Below, piece after piece: positions 49,144-57,915 of a DNA stretch of 64,000 nucleotides (position 1 is the stretch's first letter; each line of letters starts with the position of its first letter). The stretch covers positions 2,400,001 through 2,464,000 of the forward strand of contig JBKAGP010000001.1 of assembly GCA_046290465.1 (NCBI GenBank). The letters are read 5' to 3'. Source of the stretch: Planctomycetota bacterium (GTDB lineage Bacteria; Planctomycetota; UBA1135; UBA2386). The notes below the pieces were generated by a model, which ran no database searches, was not told where the DNA came from, and saw only the letters and a list, made by a program, of their open reading frames with translations. A program made the position numbers and the translations under genes.

Positions 49144-50877
49144 GTGACGACGACCACGCAAGAAGCCCACTTCCGGCTGCTGATCCTGGGGGACGGATCC
49201 GTCCGCACCATCCCGCTGACCGGCAGCCGGTGGACCATCGGCCGCTCGCTGGACTGCTCGATCACGCTGCGGGATCCGACCGTCAGCCGCCGCCACCTGG
49301 TGCTCGAGCGCGACGGCAACACGTTCCGCTTCCAGGACCTGGGCAGCGCCAACCCGCCGGTGCTCGACGGCCGCTCGACGCGCCAGGCGGTGCTGGCGCC
49401 GGGCCAGCAGCTGACCATCGGGCTGACGCGGCTGGTGCTCGAGGAGCGCCGCCGGCCGGCACCGATCGCCACCAACCAGGTCAGCACCGTCATCCTGTCG
49501 CGCGAGGTCATCGACGAAGAGCTGCCGCACGACGAGGACCCCGGCGCGTTCACGACGACCGCGTCCAAGGTGCTGCAGAGCATCGAGTGGACGTTCGCCG
49601 ACCTCGGCGATCTGGCCGACGCCGCCGAGCCGCTGCTCGAACTGGCGCTCAACCTGTCAGGCCGGCGCAGCGGCTGGCTGGCGCGGTTCCCGACGCCGAC
49701 CACGATCGAGACGCTGGCGGCGATCAGCGCGACCGGCACCCCGTCGGTGCCGAGCCTGCCCGAGAACGCGCTCGAAGACGCCCGGCGGATCCCCCACCCC
49801 CACCTGCTGCGAACCCGCGAGGACGAGTCCGAACGGGAACGGCTGCTGGTCCCGCTCGGGGACGCCAGCGCCGGCCTGCTGGTGCTCGAGGACCCGGTCG
49901 ACGCGGCCCCGCACGGCCAGGAGCTGCTGCGGCTCGCCCAGTCGCTGGGCAAGGTCGTCTGGCACCGCCTGCAGGAGACGATGGAGCGGCTGCGGCTCCG
50001 CGACGAACTCGAGCGGCTGCGCTTCCACGGCACCGACGCGCACAACGCGCTGCTGACCAGCGTGCGCCTGCAGGCCGCGCGCGAGCGGATCCGTTCGCGC
50101 GCCGCCGACCAGCAGGGCGTGCTGCTGATCGGCGAACCCGGCACCGAGCGCGAGGACCTCGCCCGCTTCCTGCACGCCGAGAGTGCCCGCCGCGCCGCCC
50201 CGTTCGTGGCCTGGGACGCGAGCTCCGATGCCAGCTCCGCGAGCGACCTGCTCGGCGACGACGACCAGCTCGGCGCCCTGCAGCGAGCCGCCGGCGGCAC
50301 GCTGTTCCTCGACGAGACCCCGACGATGCCGGTCAAGCTGCAGGCGCGGCTGGCGGCGGCGATCGCCAGCGACCGGCACGACGTGCGGTTGGTGATGGCG
50401 TGCTGCGAGGACGGCTCCGGCTGGTCGCCGGCGCTGCGCAAGCTGGTGACCGGCGAACCCGTGCAGATCCCGCCGCTGCGCGACGACGCGCGCGACGTGC
50501 TGGCGCTCGCCGAGCTGATCCTGTCGGGCCTCGGCACCTGCCCCGACGGCTCGCCGCGCCTGATCACCGAACGCGCCAAGCGCGTGCTGACCACGCACAG
50601 TTGGCCCGGCAACGTGCGCGAACTGCGGCTGACGCTCGAGGCGGCGGCCGCGCGCGCCGGCAACCACGCGATCGCGCCGCGCCACCTGCCGATCGACCAT
50701 GGCGGGGACGGCGCCCGCGACGCCGCGCCGCTGCCGACGCTCGAGGACGTCGAGCGCGAGCACATCCAGGAGGTCATGCGCCGCACCGGCGGCGTGCGCG
50801 CGCGCGCCGCGCAGGTGCTCGGCATCGCCAGCTCGACGCTCTACGAGAAGCTCAAGCGCTACCAGATCGACGCCTGA
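49144..50877 (+). CDS. FHA-domain Fis-family regulator with degenerate sigma-54 AAA+ domain
   Basis: FHA motifs IGRS, VSRRH, GSAN; GEPGTERE, GGTLFLDE, WPGNVREL, HTH. GAFTGA absent. Confidence 0.85.
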   Translation: MTTTTQEAHFRLLILGDGSVRTIPLTGSRWTIGRSLDCSITLRDPTVSRRHLVLERDGNTFRFQDLGSANPPVLDGRSTRQAVLAPGQQLTIGLTRLVLEERRRPAPIATNQVSTVILSREVIDEELPHDEDPGAFTTTASKVLQSIEWTFADLGDLADAAEPLLELALNLSGRRSGWLARFPTPTTIETLAAISATGTPSVPSLPENALEDARRIPHPHLLRTREDESERERLLVPLGDASAGLLVLEDPVDAAPHGQELLRLAQSLGKVVWHRLQETMERLRLRDELERLRFHGTDAHNALLTSVRLQAARERIRSRAADQQGVLLIGEPGTEREDLARFLHAESARRAAPFVAWDASSDASSASDLLGDDDQLGALQRAAGGTLFLDETPTMPVKLQARLAAAIASDRHDVRLVMACCEDGSGWSPALRKLVTGEPVQIPPLRDDARDVLALAELILSGLGTCPDGSPRLITERAKRVLTTHSWPGNVRELRLTLEAAAARAGNHAIAPRHLPIDHGGDGARDAAPLPTLEDVEREHIQEVMRRTGGVRARAAQVLGIASSTLYEKLKRYQIDA

Positions 50878-50918
50878 CGGCGCCGGCAGGTGCGATCGAT
50901 CCGCTAGGATTTCGGGCG

Positions 50919-52886
50919 ATGACCCGCCGCCTGATCCTGCTCCCGCTGCTCGCCGCGACCCTGGCCGCGCAGGAGGTCCCCGAGCGCTTCCGCGACCTCT
51001 ACGAGGACGTCAGGGACAACGCCTACATGCAGCAGCAGCTGGCGTTCCTGTTCGAGCACATGCCGCAGCAGGACCGGGAGACGCTGGCGGTCGAGACGCT
51101 GCGCGACAACGTCTTCTACGCGATCGCCGCCCGCGGCGCCCACGGCTGGGCGATGGGCGTGCCGAACGAGCTGTTCCAGAACTACGTGCTGCCCTACGCG
51201 CAGGCCGACGAGAAGCGCGAGAACTGGCGCAAGGCGATGTACGAGCGCTGCGCGCCGCTGGTCGCGGACTGCAAGACGCCGGGCGAGGCGGCGAAGGTGC
51301 TCAACGAGCAGCTCTTCGACCTCGTCGACGTGCACTACTCGACCAGGCGTCGCCGGGCGCTGCAGGCTCCCGGCGAGTCGATCGCGCAGGGTCGCGCGAC
51401 CTGCACCGGCCTGTCGATCCTGCTCGCCGACGCGTGCCGCTCGGTCGGCGTCCCCGCGCGCATCGTGTCGGTCAAGTGGCCGCACAAGGCCGGCAACCAC
51501 ACCTGGGTCGAGATCTGGGACGGCAACCGCTGGCGCTTCTGCGGCGCCGACGAGCCGGACCCGAAGGGCTTCGACCGCGCCTGGTTCGTCGGCGACGCCC
51601 GGCAGTGCGACGTCGAGGACAAGCGCAACCGGATCTACGCGGTCTCGTTCGCGAACACGGGCACGACGTTCGTACCGGGCTGGAGCGCGACCACGCTGTC
51701 GGGCACCGACGTCACCTGGCGCTACGACGGCACCCTGCCCAACGACACCAACGCGCCGCTGCTGGCGCAGCTCGGCCGCTACTTCGGCAGCGAGCCGCGC
51801 CGCCAGCGCGAGTTCGAGTTCGACCGCAACCTCGACGAAGAGCTGCGCACCCGAGCCGGTGACGCGCGGCTGCGCGCGCTGGTGTGGCGCGCGCTGCGGG
51901 AGTTCGAGCACGCGTCGCTGCGCGAGGGCCACGCCGACGGCCGGCTGCAGGTCGCGGGCAAGACCACGACGTTCGCGCTGCGCGAGGTCGGCGAGGAGCC
52001 CGACGGCGGCTGGCCACTCGTGATCACGCTGCTCGGCGATGGCAAAGCGGAGGCAGGCTACTTCCACGACGCACCGAAGGCCGGCGGCTACCTGCGCTGC
52101 GACCTGCAGGCGCCCGAGGACCGCGACGCAATCGCGCCGACCATCGAGCGGCTGATCCGGCAGTGCGTGATCTGCAGCGGCGTCGATCCGGGCCGCGTGG
52201 TCCTCGTCGGCCACGGCGCCGGCGGCGACGCGGCGATCCTCGCGGCGACGCGGATCCCGCACCGCTTCGCTGCGGTGCACGCCAGCGCCGCCGCCCCCCG
52301 ACTCGAACGAGGGGCCGCGCTCAGCCTGCACTCCCTGCCGCTGACGCTGGTGACCAGCGCCGAAGACACCACCGAACGGTTGGCCCGCACCCGCACGCTG
52401 CGCGACGAGCTGGCAAAGCTGCGCGCCATGTTCGAAGGGGAGGAGCCGAAGCTGTGGACCGCCGCGGTCACGCTGGTCGACGGCCGAGACCGGCGCGACC
52501 TCGGAGATCGGGACATGCTCGCGAAGCTCGTCTCGGCCCGCCGCGGCGCCATGCGCAACCCGCCGGCGATGCTCGCGGGGCCGCACGCGCAGCACCACTA
52601 CAACCTGCACGTCGAGACCACCGCGTCCGGCGTGCGCATCGAGTCCACCGTGGCCGACGGCATGTGGACCTTCCGTCCGTCGCAAGCCGCTGCGGTATCC
52701 GGCTGGTTCGACGCCCGCACCCTCGACCTGTCGCGGCCGTTCTCGTTCGTCGACGAGTCCGAACGGCCGTCCGGGCACTACGGGCCGCGCGACCCGAGCC
52801 CGTCGCTGCGGGTGCTCTGCGCGACGATGCAGCAGGTCGGCGATCCCTGGCTGGCCGCGACCTGGATCCCGCGCAAGATCCCGTAG
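50919..52886 (+). CDS. Secreted transglutaminase-like protein fused to a degenerate alpha/beta-hydrolase fold
   Basis: F.NYVLPY...E.RE.WR, ATCTGLSILL, NHTWVE; GHGAGG in place of GxSxG. Confidence 0.85.
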   Translation: MTRRLILLPLLAATLAAQEVPERFRDLYEDVRDNAYMQQQLAFLFEHMPQQDRETLAVETLRDNVFYAIAARGAHGWAMGVPNELFQNYVLPYAQADEKRENWRKAMYERCAPLVADCKTPGEAAKVLNEQLFDLVDVHYSTRRRRALQAPGESIAQGRATCTGLSILLADACRSVGVPARIVSVKWPHKAGNHTWVEIWDGNRWRFCGADEPDPKGFDRAWFVGDARQCDVEDKRNRIYAVSFANTGTTFVPGWSATTLSGTDVTWRYDGTLPNDTNAPLLAQLGRYFGSEPRRQREFEFDRNLDEELRTRAGDARLRALVWRALREFEHASLREGHADGRLQVAGKTTTFALREVGEEPDGGWPLVITLLGDGKAEAGYFHDAPKAGGYLRCDLQAPEDRDAIAPTIERLIRQCVICSGVDPGRVVLVGHGAGGDAAILAATRIPHRFAAVHASAAAPRLERGAALSLHSLPLTLVTSAEDTTERLARTRTLRDELAKLRAMFEGEEPKLWTAAVTLVDGRDRRDLGDRDMLAKLVSARRGAMRNPPAMLAGPHAQHHYNLHVETTASGVRIESTVADGMWTFRPSQAAAVSGWFDARTLDLSRPFSFVDESERPSGHYGPRDPSPSLRVLCATMQQVGDPWLAATWIPRKIP

Positions 52887-52944
52887 CGCCCGGCATCGCC
52901 CGCATGCGCCCGCCAAGCCGGGCGAACAACCCCGGGCCAGGCCG

Positions 52945-52976
52945 TTGACGCCATCACTTAACTGGTTAAGCTTAAG
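52945..52976 (+). promoter_or_regulatory. Sigma-70-like promoter with overlapping palindromic operator
   Basis: TTGACG-16nt-TAAGCT; palindromes cttaac-tg-gttaag (52957..52970) and ttaagcttaa (52966..52975), AT-rich in a GC-rich background. Confidence 0.7.
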
Positions 52977-53010
52977 CCCATCGTCGACCGAAGAGGTCCC
53001 TGCCTCTACC

Positions 53011-53415
53011 ATGCCGACCATGAGCGACATCGAGCCGACCGAACGCGAACTGCAGATCCTCAAGGTGCTCTGGGAGCGCGGCGAGGCGACCGTGCGCGAG
53101 GTCTACGAGAGCCTGCGCGGACAGCTGCCGATCGTGCAGAACACCGTGCAGGCGTTCTTGCGGATCATGGAGGAGAAGGGCCTGGTCACGCACACGACGC
53201 GCGGCCGCTCGTTCGTCTACACGGCGAAGAAGCCGCGCGACGAGACCAGCGAGAAGCTGCTGTCCGGCGTGCTCGACGGTGTCTTCGACGGCGCGCTCGA
53301 CGCGCTGGTGGCGTCGGCGTTCGCGCTGAAGAAGCCGAACGGCGCCGAACTCGAACGCCTGCGCGAGCTGCTCGCGCAGCACGAGGAGAAGCAGAAGAAC
53401 CGGAGGAAGCGATGA
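53011..53415 (+). CDS. BlaI/MecI/CopY-family repressor
   Basis: TERELQILKVLW..GEATVREV, TVQ..L..MEEKGLV, R.FVY. Confidence 0.93.
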   Translation: MPTMSDIEPTERELQILKVLWERGEATVREVYESLRGQLPIVQNTVQAFLRIMEEKGLVTHTTRGRSFVYTAKKPRDETSEKLLSGVLDGVFDGALDALVASAFALKKPNGAELERLRELLAQHEEKQKNRRKR

Positions 53416-55718
53416 GCACGTTCGAAGCCTTCGTAGCGTTCCTCGTCGAGCATGGGCTGGCGCTGCTGGTCGGCACGACGATCGTGCTCGGTGCGTTCTC
53501 GCTGCTGGTGCTGTGCCGCCGCTCGCTGCCACAGCAGCACCGGCTGGCCGGCACGGCGATGTTCGCCGTCGCCGCCTACGCCGCCGTCGCGCTGGTGCCG
53601 CTGCCGCGCTGGAGCGCCGAGGGCGGCCTCGAAGCGACGACGCAGGCAACCGCCCGAACCGAGCAGCCGATCTCGACCGAGCAGCCGATCCCTGTGGCGC
53701 AGCCCCAAACGGTGGCGCAGCCGGGCACGCCCCCGGCAGCCGCCGAACGGAGCACCCCGCCGGGCGCTCCCACCGCGCACGAAGCGCTCGACGCACCCGA
53801 CGCCGCCAAGGCGAACGAAGCGAGCGAGCCGGCCGAGTCGCCGCTGGTGCTGGCGCGACACGAACCGGAGGAACCGACGCGCCTGAGCGGCGACGCGCCC
53901 CGACCACGAGCCGTGCGGCAACGGCCGGCCGCAGCCGCGCACCCGTTCCCGTGGCGCGCGGTGGCCGCCGGTGCGCTCGCGCTCGGCGCGCTCGGATTCG
54001 CGCTGCAGCTGCTGTGCGGCTGGTGGCGCCTGCGCCGCGTGCTGCGCAACACGGCCGCTGCGCCCGACGAGATCCAGACGCTGGTGCCGCTGCCGCGCCG
54101 CGCCCGCGTGCGAATCGCCGACGAACGCGTGCAGCCGTTCTGCTTCGGCACGCTGCGACCGACCATCGTGCTGCCGCGACACCTGGCGCAGGCGACCGAC
54201 GAGACCCGCTTCGTGCTGCTGCACGAACGCGCCCACCTCGACGCGCGCGATCCGGCGACGCGGCTGGTCGCGGCGCTGCTGCGGCCGCTGCTGTTCTGGC
54301 ACCCGCTCTACTGGTGGCTGCAGAAGAAGCTGCGCTTCACCGGCGAACTGCTCGCCGACGACGCGGCCGCCAGCGGGTCCGTGGCGCAATACGTGCGCTG
54401 CATGATGACCCTGTCCACCCACCCCGATCCGGTCGCTGGCGACGTGCTCGCGGCCACGATCTTCCGACGTAGGTCCGAGTTGTTTCGGAGGCTCGAGATG
54501 ATGCTGCAGAGAGACGAGACGATCACCCGTTCCCAATCGCGCACCGGCCGCCTCGCGCGCGCCGCCGCGACCACCCTGCTGGTCGGCCTGTGCGCCGGCG
54601 CGTTCGGCGTCGAACGCGCGGTCGCACAGGACCCGGGTCAGGAGAACGCCCGCGCCCAGACGCGCGCGCTGAAGGAGGAGATCAACCGGCTGCGCGCCGA
54701 GATCTCGAGCCTGCAGGAGCAGGCGCGTCAGGTCGGCCGCGACCGGCAGCCAGAACCGGCCGCCACCCCGCAGCCGGACTTCCGCGGGTTCCCGAGCGTC
54801 GGCAGCGGCAGCGGAGGCGCCGCGCGCCGTTCGTTCCGCAGCTACAAGGTCAAGAAGGGCGACACGCTCGCGCAGATCGCGCGCCGCCACTACGGCGACT
54901 CGAGCCGCACCGACCTGATCCTGAAGGACAACCCGAAGCTCGACGTGCGCCGCCTGCACGTCGGCCAGAGGATCAAGCTGCGTGACTCGCGGTCGGGTCG
55001 GTATGGCATCGCCACCGCCAACTCCGCCCCTCGGGGGCTGCGCGCCCCGCAGGAGCCGGCCGCGCCCAACACGACGGCCCCCGAACCGGCGCCGCTGCCG
55101 CGTGCGACGATGCGTTCGCTGCCCGGCGCAACGGCCGCCGCGCCGTCGACCTCGGCGATGGAACCTGGCCGCGACGCCCGCTTCCCTGGCGCCACCGCCG
55201 AAGCACCATCGGCCTCGGCCCTCTCGCCCGGCCAGGGCGCCCGCGCGCCTGGCGCTGGCCAGCCGCCCCGCGCCAACCGAGCATCCAATCCGATCGCCAG
55301 CACCACTCCCCGGGCATCCGGCCTGACCCGCCTCGACGCGCCGGTTTCCGCACGCAGCCTGCCGCCGGTTGCGCAGCAGCCGCGCGTGGCCGGACAGGCA
55401 CGGGCCCCGCGCTCCGACAGCCTGTCGGGCCTCGCCGACCTGATGACGCGCTGCATCGAGCTGCGCGGTGAGATCGAGATCGCCAAGATCGACATCGAGT
55501 GTGCGACCACCGAGCGCGACCGGCGCGTCGCGCAGATCCGCATGCGTACCAAGGAGGAGCAACTCGACGCGATGCGCTCGATGCTCGGGACCGAACTCGA
55601 GACCGCGGAGATGAATCTCGCGCACGCCGCCAAGCTGCACAAGAACGGCTTCGTGTCGGAGCAGGACGTTCGGGCTGCCGAGCGTCGCGTGTTGATGCTC
55701 AAGCGCGCTCTGCGCTAG
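53412..55718 (+). CDS. BlaR1-like M56 metallopeptidase with LysM domain
   Basis: PFCFG.LRP.IVLP, HERAH, FWHPL.WW, ELLAD; LysM YKVKKGDTLAQIARRHYG. Confidence 0.92.
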   Translation: MSTFEAFVAFLVEHGLALLVGTTIVLGAFSLLVLCRRSLPQQHRLAGTAMFAVAAYAAVALVPLPRWSAEGGLEATTQATARTEQPISTEQPIPVAQPQTVAQPGTPPAAAERSTPPGAPTAHEALDAPDAAKANEASEPAESPLVLARHEPEEPTRLSGDAPRPRAVRQRPAAAAHPFPWRAVAAGALALGALGFALQLLCGWWRLRRVLRNTAAAPDEIQTLVPLPRRARVRIADERVQPFCFGTLRPTIVLPRHLAQATDETRFVLLHERAHLDARDPATRLVAALLRPLLFWHPLYWWLQKKLRFTGELLADDAAASGSVAQYVRCMMTLSTHPDPVAGDVLAATIFRRRSELFRRLEMMLQRDETITRSQSRTGRLARAAATTLLVGLCAGAFGVERAVAQDPGQENARAQTRALKEEINRLRAEISSLQEQARQVGRDRQPEPAATPQPDFRGFPSVGSGSGGAARRSFRSYKVKKGDTLAQIARRHYGDSSRTDLILKDNPKLDVRRLHVGQRIKLRDSRSGRYGIATANSAPRGLRAPQEPAAPNTTAPEPAPLPRATMRSLPGATAAAPSTSAMEPGRDARFPGATAEAPSASALSPGQGARAPGAGQPPRANRASNPIASTTPRASGLTRLDAPVSARSLPPVAQQPRVAGQARAPRSDSLSGLADLMTRCIELRGEIEIAKIDIECATTERDRRVAQIRMRTKEEQLDAMRSMLGTELETAEMNLAHAAKLHKNGFVSEQDVRAAERRVLMLKRALR

Positions 55719-55857
55719 AGGCGGGCCGCCGCGATTCGGGGGCTTCGGCAGGCACGCAGACGGTTCGCGGCGCGGCAATCCACTTGTCCGCGCCCACCAC
55801 CAGGGCTCAGGGCTCGGCCGCAAGCCACCCCATCCCCCTGCAACGAGCCGAAGCCCC

Positions 55858-56595
55858 ATGAGCACCCAACTCACCCAAGTCGTCGTCATCACCGGAGCCA
55901 GCAGCGGCATCGGCGAAGCCACCGCTCGCATGCTGGCCCAGGACGGCGCCAAGATCGTCGCCGTCGCGCGCCGCAAGGAGCGCTTGGACCAGCTGGTCCG
56001 TGACATCGAGGCCGCCGGCGGCAAGGCGATCGCCATCGAGGCCGACGTGACGTCCATCGAGGACATGAACCGCGTCGCCCAGACCGCCAAGGACACCTAC
56101 GGCAGCCTGGACGTCTGGGTCAACAACGCTGGGGTGATGCCGCTGTCGCCGATGGCGATGAACCGCATCGAAGAGTGGCGCTGGATGGTCGACGTCAACA
56201 TCAACGGCGTGCTGAACGGCATCGCGGCGGCGCAGCCGATCATGCTCGAGCAGGGCTCGGGCCAGTTCGTCAACGTCAGCTCGGTCGCCGGCCACAAGGT
56301 GTTCGGCGGTGCCGCGGTCTACTGCGCGACCAAGTTCGCCGTGCGGGCGCTCGGCGAAGGCATGCGGATGGAGTCCGACGGGACCATCCGCGTGACCAAC
56401 ATCAGCCCCGGCGCGATCAAGACGGAGCTGACCGACCACATCGCGGTCCCGGAGGTCAAGGAAGGCGTGCAGGCGTTCGTCGACATCGCGATCGAGCCCG
56501 AGGCGGTCGCCCGCACCATCCTCTTCGCGATCGCCCAGCCGGCCGACGTCGACATCAACGAGATCACCGTCCGGCCGTCCCGGCAGGAGCTGTAG
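55858..56595 (+). CDS. Short-chain dehydrogenase/reductase
   Basis: TGASSGIG, NNAG, YCATK. Confidence 0.95.
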   Translation: MSTQLTQVVVITGASSGIGEATARMLAQDGAKIVAVARRKERLDQLVRDIEAAGGKAIAIEADVTSIEDMNRVAQTAKDTYGSLDVWVNNAGVMPLSPMAMNRIEEWRWMVDVNINGVLNGIAAAQPIMLEQGSGQFVNVSSVAGHKVFGGAAVYCATKFAVRALGEGMRMESDGTIRVTNISPGAIKTELTDHIAVPEVKEGVQAFVDIAIEPEAVARTILFAIAQPADVDINEITVRPSRQEL

Positions 56596-56682
56596 GCCCC
56601 GCTCGGGGGCCGGCTTGCGATCGGCACCGATCGCACCGAATCCACGGTTCACCTGCGCCCCCACATTGGCCATGATCCGGGG

Positions 56683-57915
56683 ATGACCGGCGCCCGCCGC
56701 ATCTACCTGGACAACGCTGCGACGACGCGCCCCTCGCGCCTCGTCGTCGATCGCATGGCCGACGCGCAGCGTGAGCTGTTCGGCAACCCGAGCAGCCCGC
56801 ACGCCTTCGGCCCACCCGCCAGACGCGCCCTCGAGGACGCGCGCGAGTTCTTGCGCGGCACCGTCGCCGCCCACCGCGTGGTGTTCACGTCGGGCGGCAG
56901 CGAGGCCGACTACCTCGGCATCGTCGGCGCCGCGGCGACCCGGCCGTCGGGCCGCGTGCTGATGAGCAAGGCCGACCACCCGGCGCTGCTCAAGTGCGGC
57001 GGCCTGCTGGCGCGCTATCGCCACCACGTCGCCGAACTGGACGTCACCGAGGACGGCGACATCGCCCCGGAGACGCTGTTCGACGCGCTCGGCAGCGACG
57101 TTCGCGTGGTCGCGCTGATGTACGGGCACAACGAGCTCGGCACGCTGTGCAAGCTCGGCGAACTGATCGAGCTGACCCGCCGCTCGGCGCCGCAGGCCCA
57201 CATCCACGTCGACCTGGTGCAGACCTACGGCAAGCTGCCGTTCGACTTCGACGAGTTCGACGTCGACTCGATCGCGGTGTCGGGCCACAAGTTCCACGGC
57301 CCGCGCGGCGCCGGCTTCCTGGCGCTCGCCGCCGAGGCCAAGCTCGCGCCGCTGCAGGAGGCCGGCGGCCAGGAGGGCGGCCTGCGCGGCGGCACCGAGA
57401 ACGTCGCCGGCGCGGTCGGCCTCGCGGTCGCGGCCGAGGAGATGCTGACGCACCAGTCGGAGACCGAGGCGCACACGCGCGATCTGTGCGACCGCGTGTT
57501 CGACATCGTCGCCGACGCCGTGCCCGGCGCCGAGCGGCTCGGCCACCCGACGCGCCGCCTGCCGCACATCCTGTCGCTGCGCCTGCCGGGCGTCGTCGGC
57601 GAGACGCTGATGACGCGCTGCAACAAGCACGGCGTCGCGTTCTCGATCGGCTCGGCGTGCCACGGCGCGGACGACCCCAAGGCCGAGCCGAAGAAGAAGC
57701 CGCGCAAGCACAAGGGTCCCGACAACCACGTGCTGGCGGCGATCGGCATGACGCGCGAGGAGTCGCGCGAAGTCGTGCGGCTGTCGTTCAGCGGTGAGAC
57801 CGGCGTCGACGACGCCGAAGACGCGGCCGACATCGTCGCCGACGAAGCCGTGCGCCTGCTCGAGTCGGCGCCGAAGCCGCGCAAGCAGCCGGCCGGCCGG
57901 GAGCAGGCTCGGTGA
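56683..57915 (+). CDS. Cysteine desulfurase (IscS/NifS family)
   Basis: YLDNAATT, GNPSS, FTSGGSE, SGHKFHGPRG, GSACH. Confidence 0.92.
   Translation: MTGARRIYLDNAATTRPSRLVVDRMADAQRELFGNPSSPHAFGPPARRALEDAREFLRGTVAAHRVVFTSGGSEADYLGIVGAAATRPSGRVLMSKADHPALLKCGGLLARYRHHVAELDVTEDGDIAPETLFDALGSDVRVVALMYGHNELGTLCKLGELIELTRRSAPQAHIHVDLVQTYGKLPFDFDEFDVDSIAVSGHKFHGPRGAGFLALAAEAKLAPLQEAGGQEGGLRGGTENVAGAVGLAVAAEEMLTHQSETEAHTRDLCDRVFDIVADAVPGAERLGHPTRRLPHILSLRLPGVVGETLMTRCNKHGVAFSIGSACHGADDPKAEPKKKPRKHKGPDNHVLAAIGMTREESREVVRLSFSGETGVDDAEDAADIVADEAVRLLESAPKPRKQPAGREQAR

Noticed and set aside
48981..52886. 1301-aa ORF
   Set aside because: The real gene starts at ATG 50919; the upstream part overlaps the FHA regulator out of frame.
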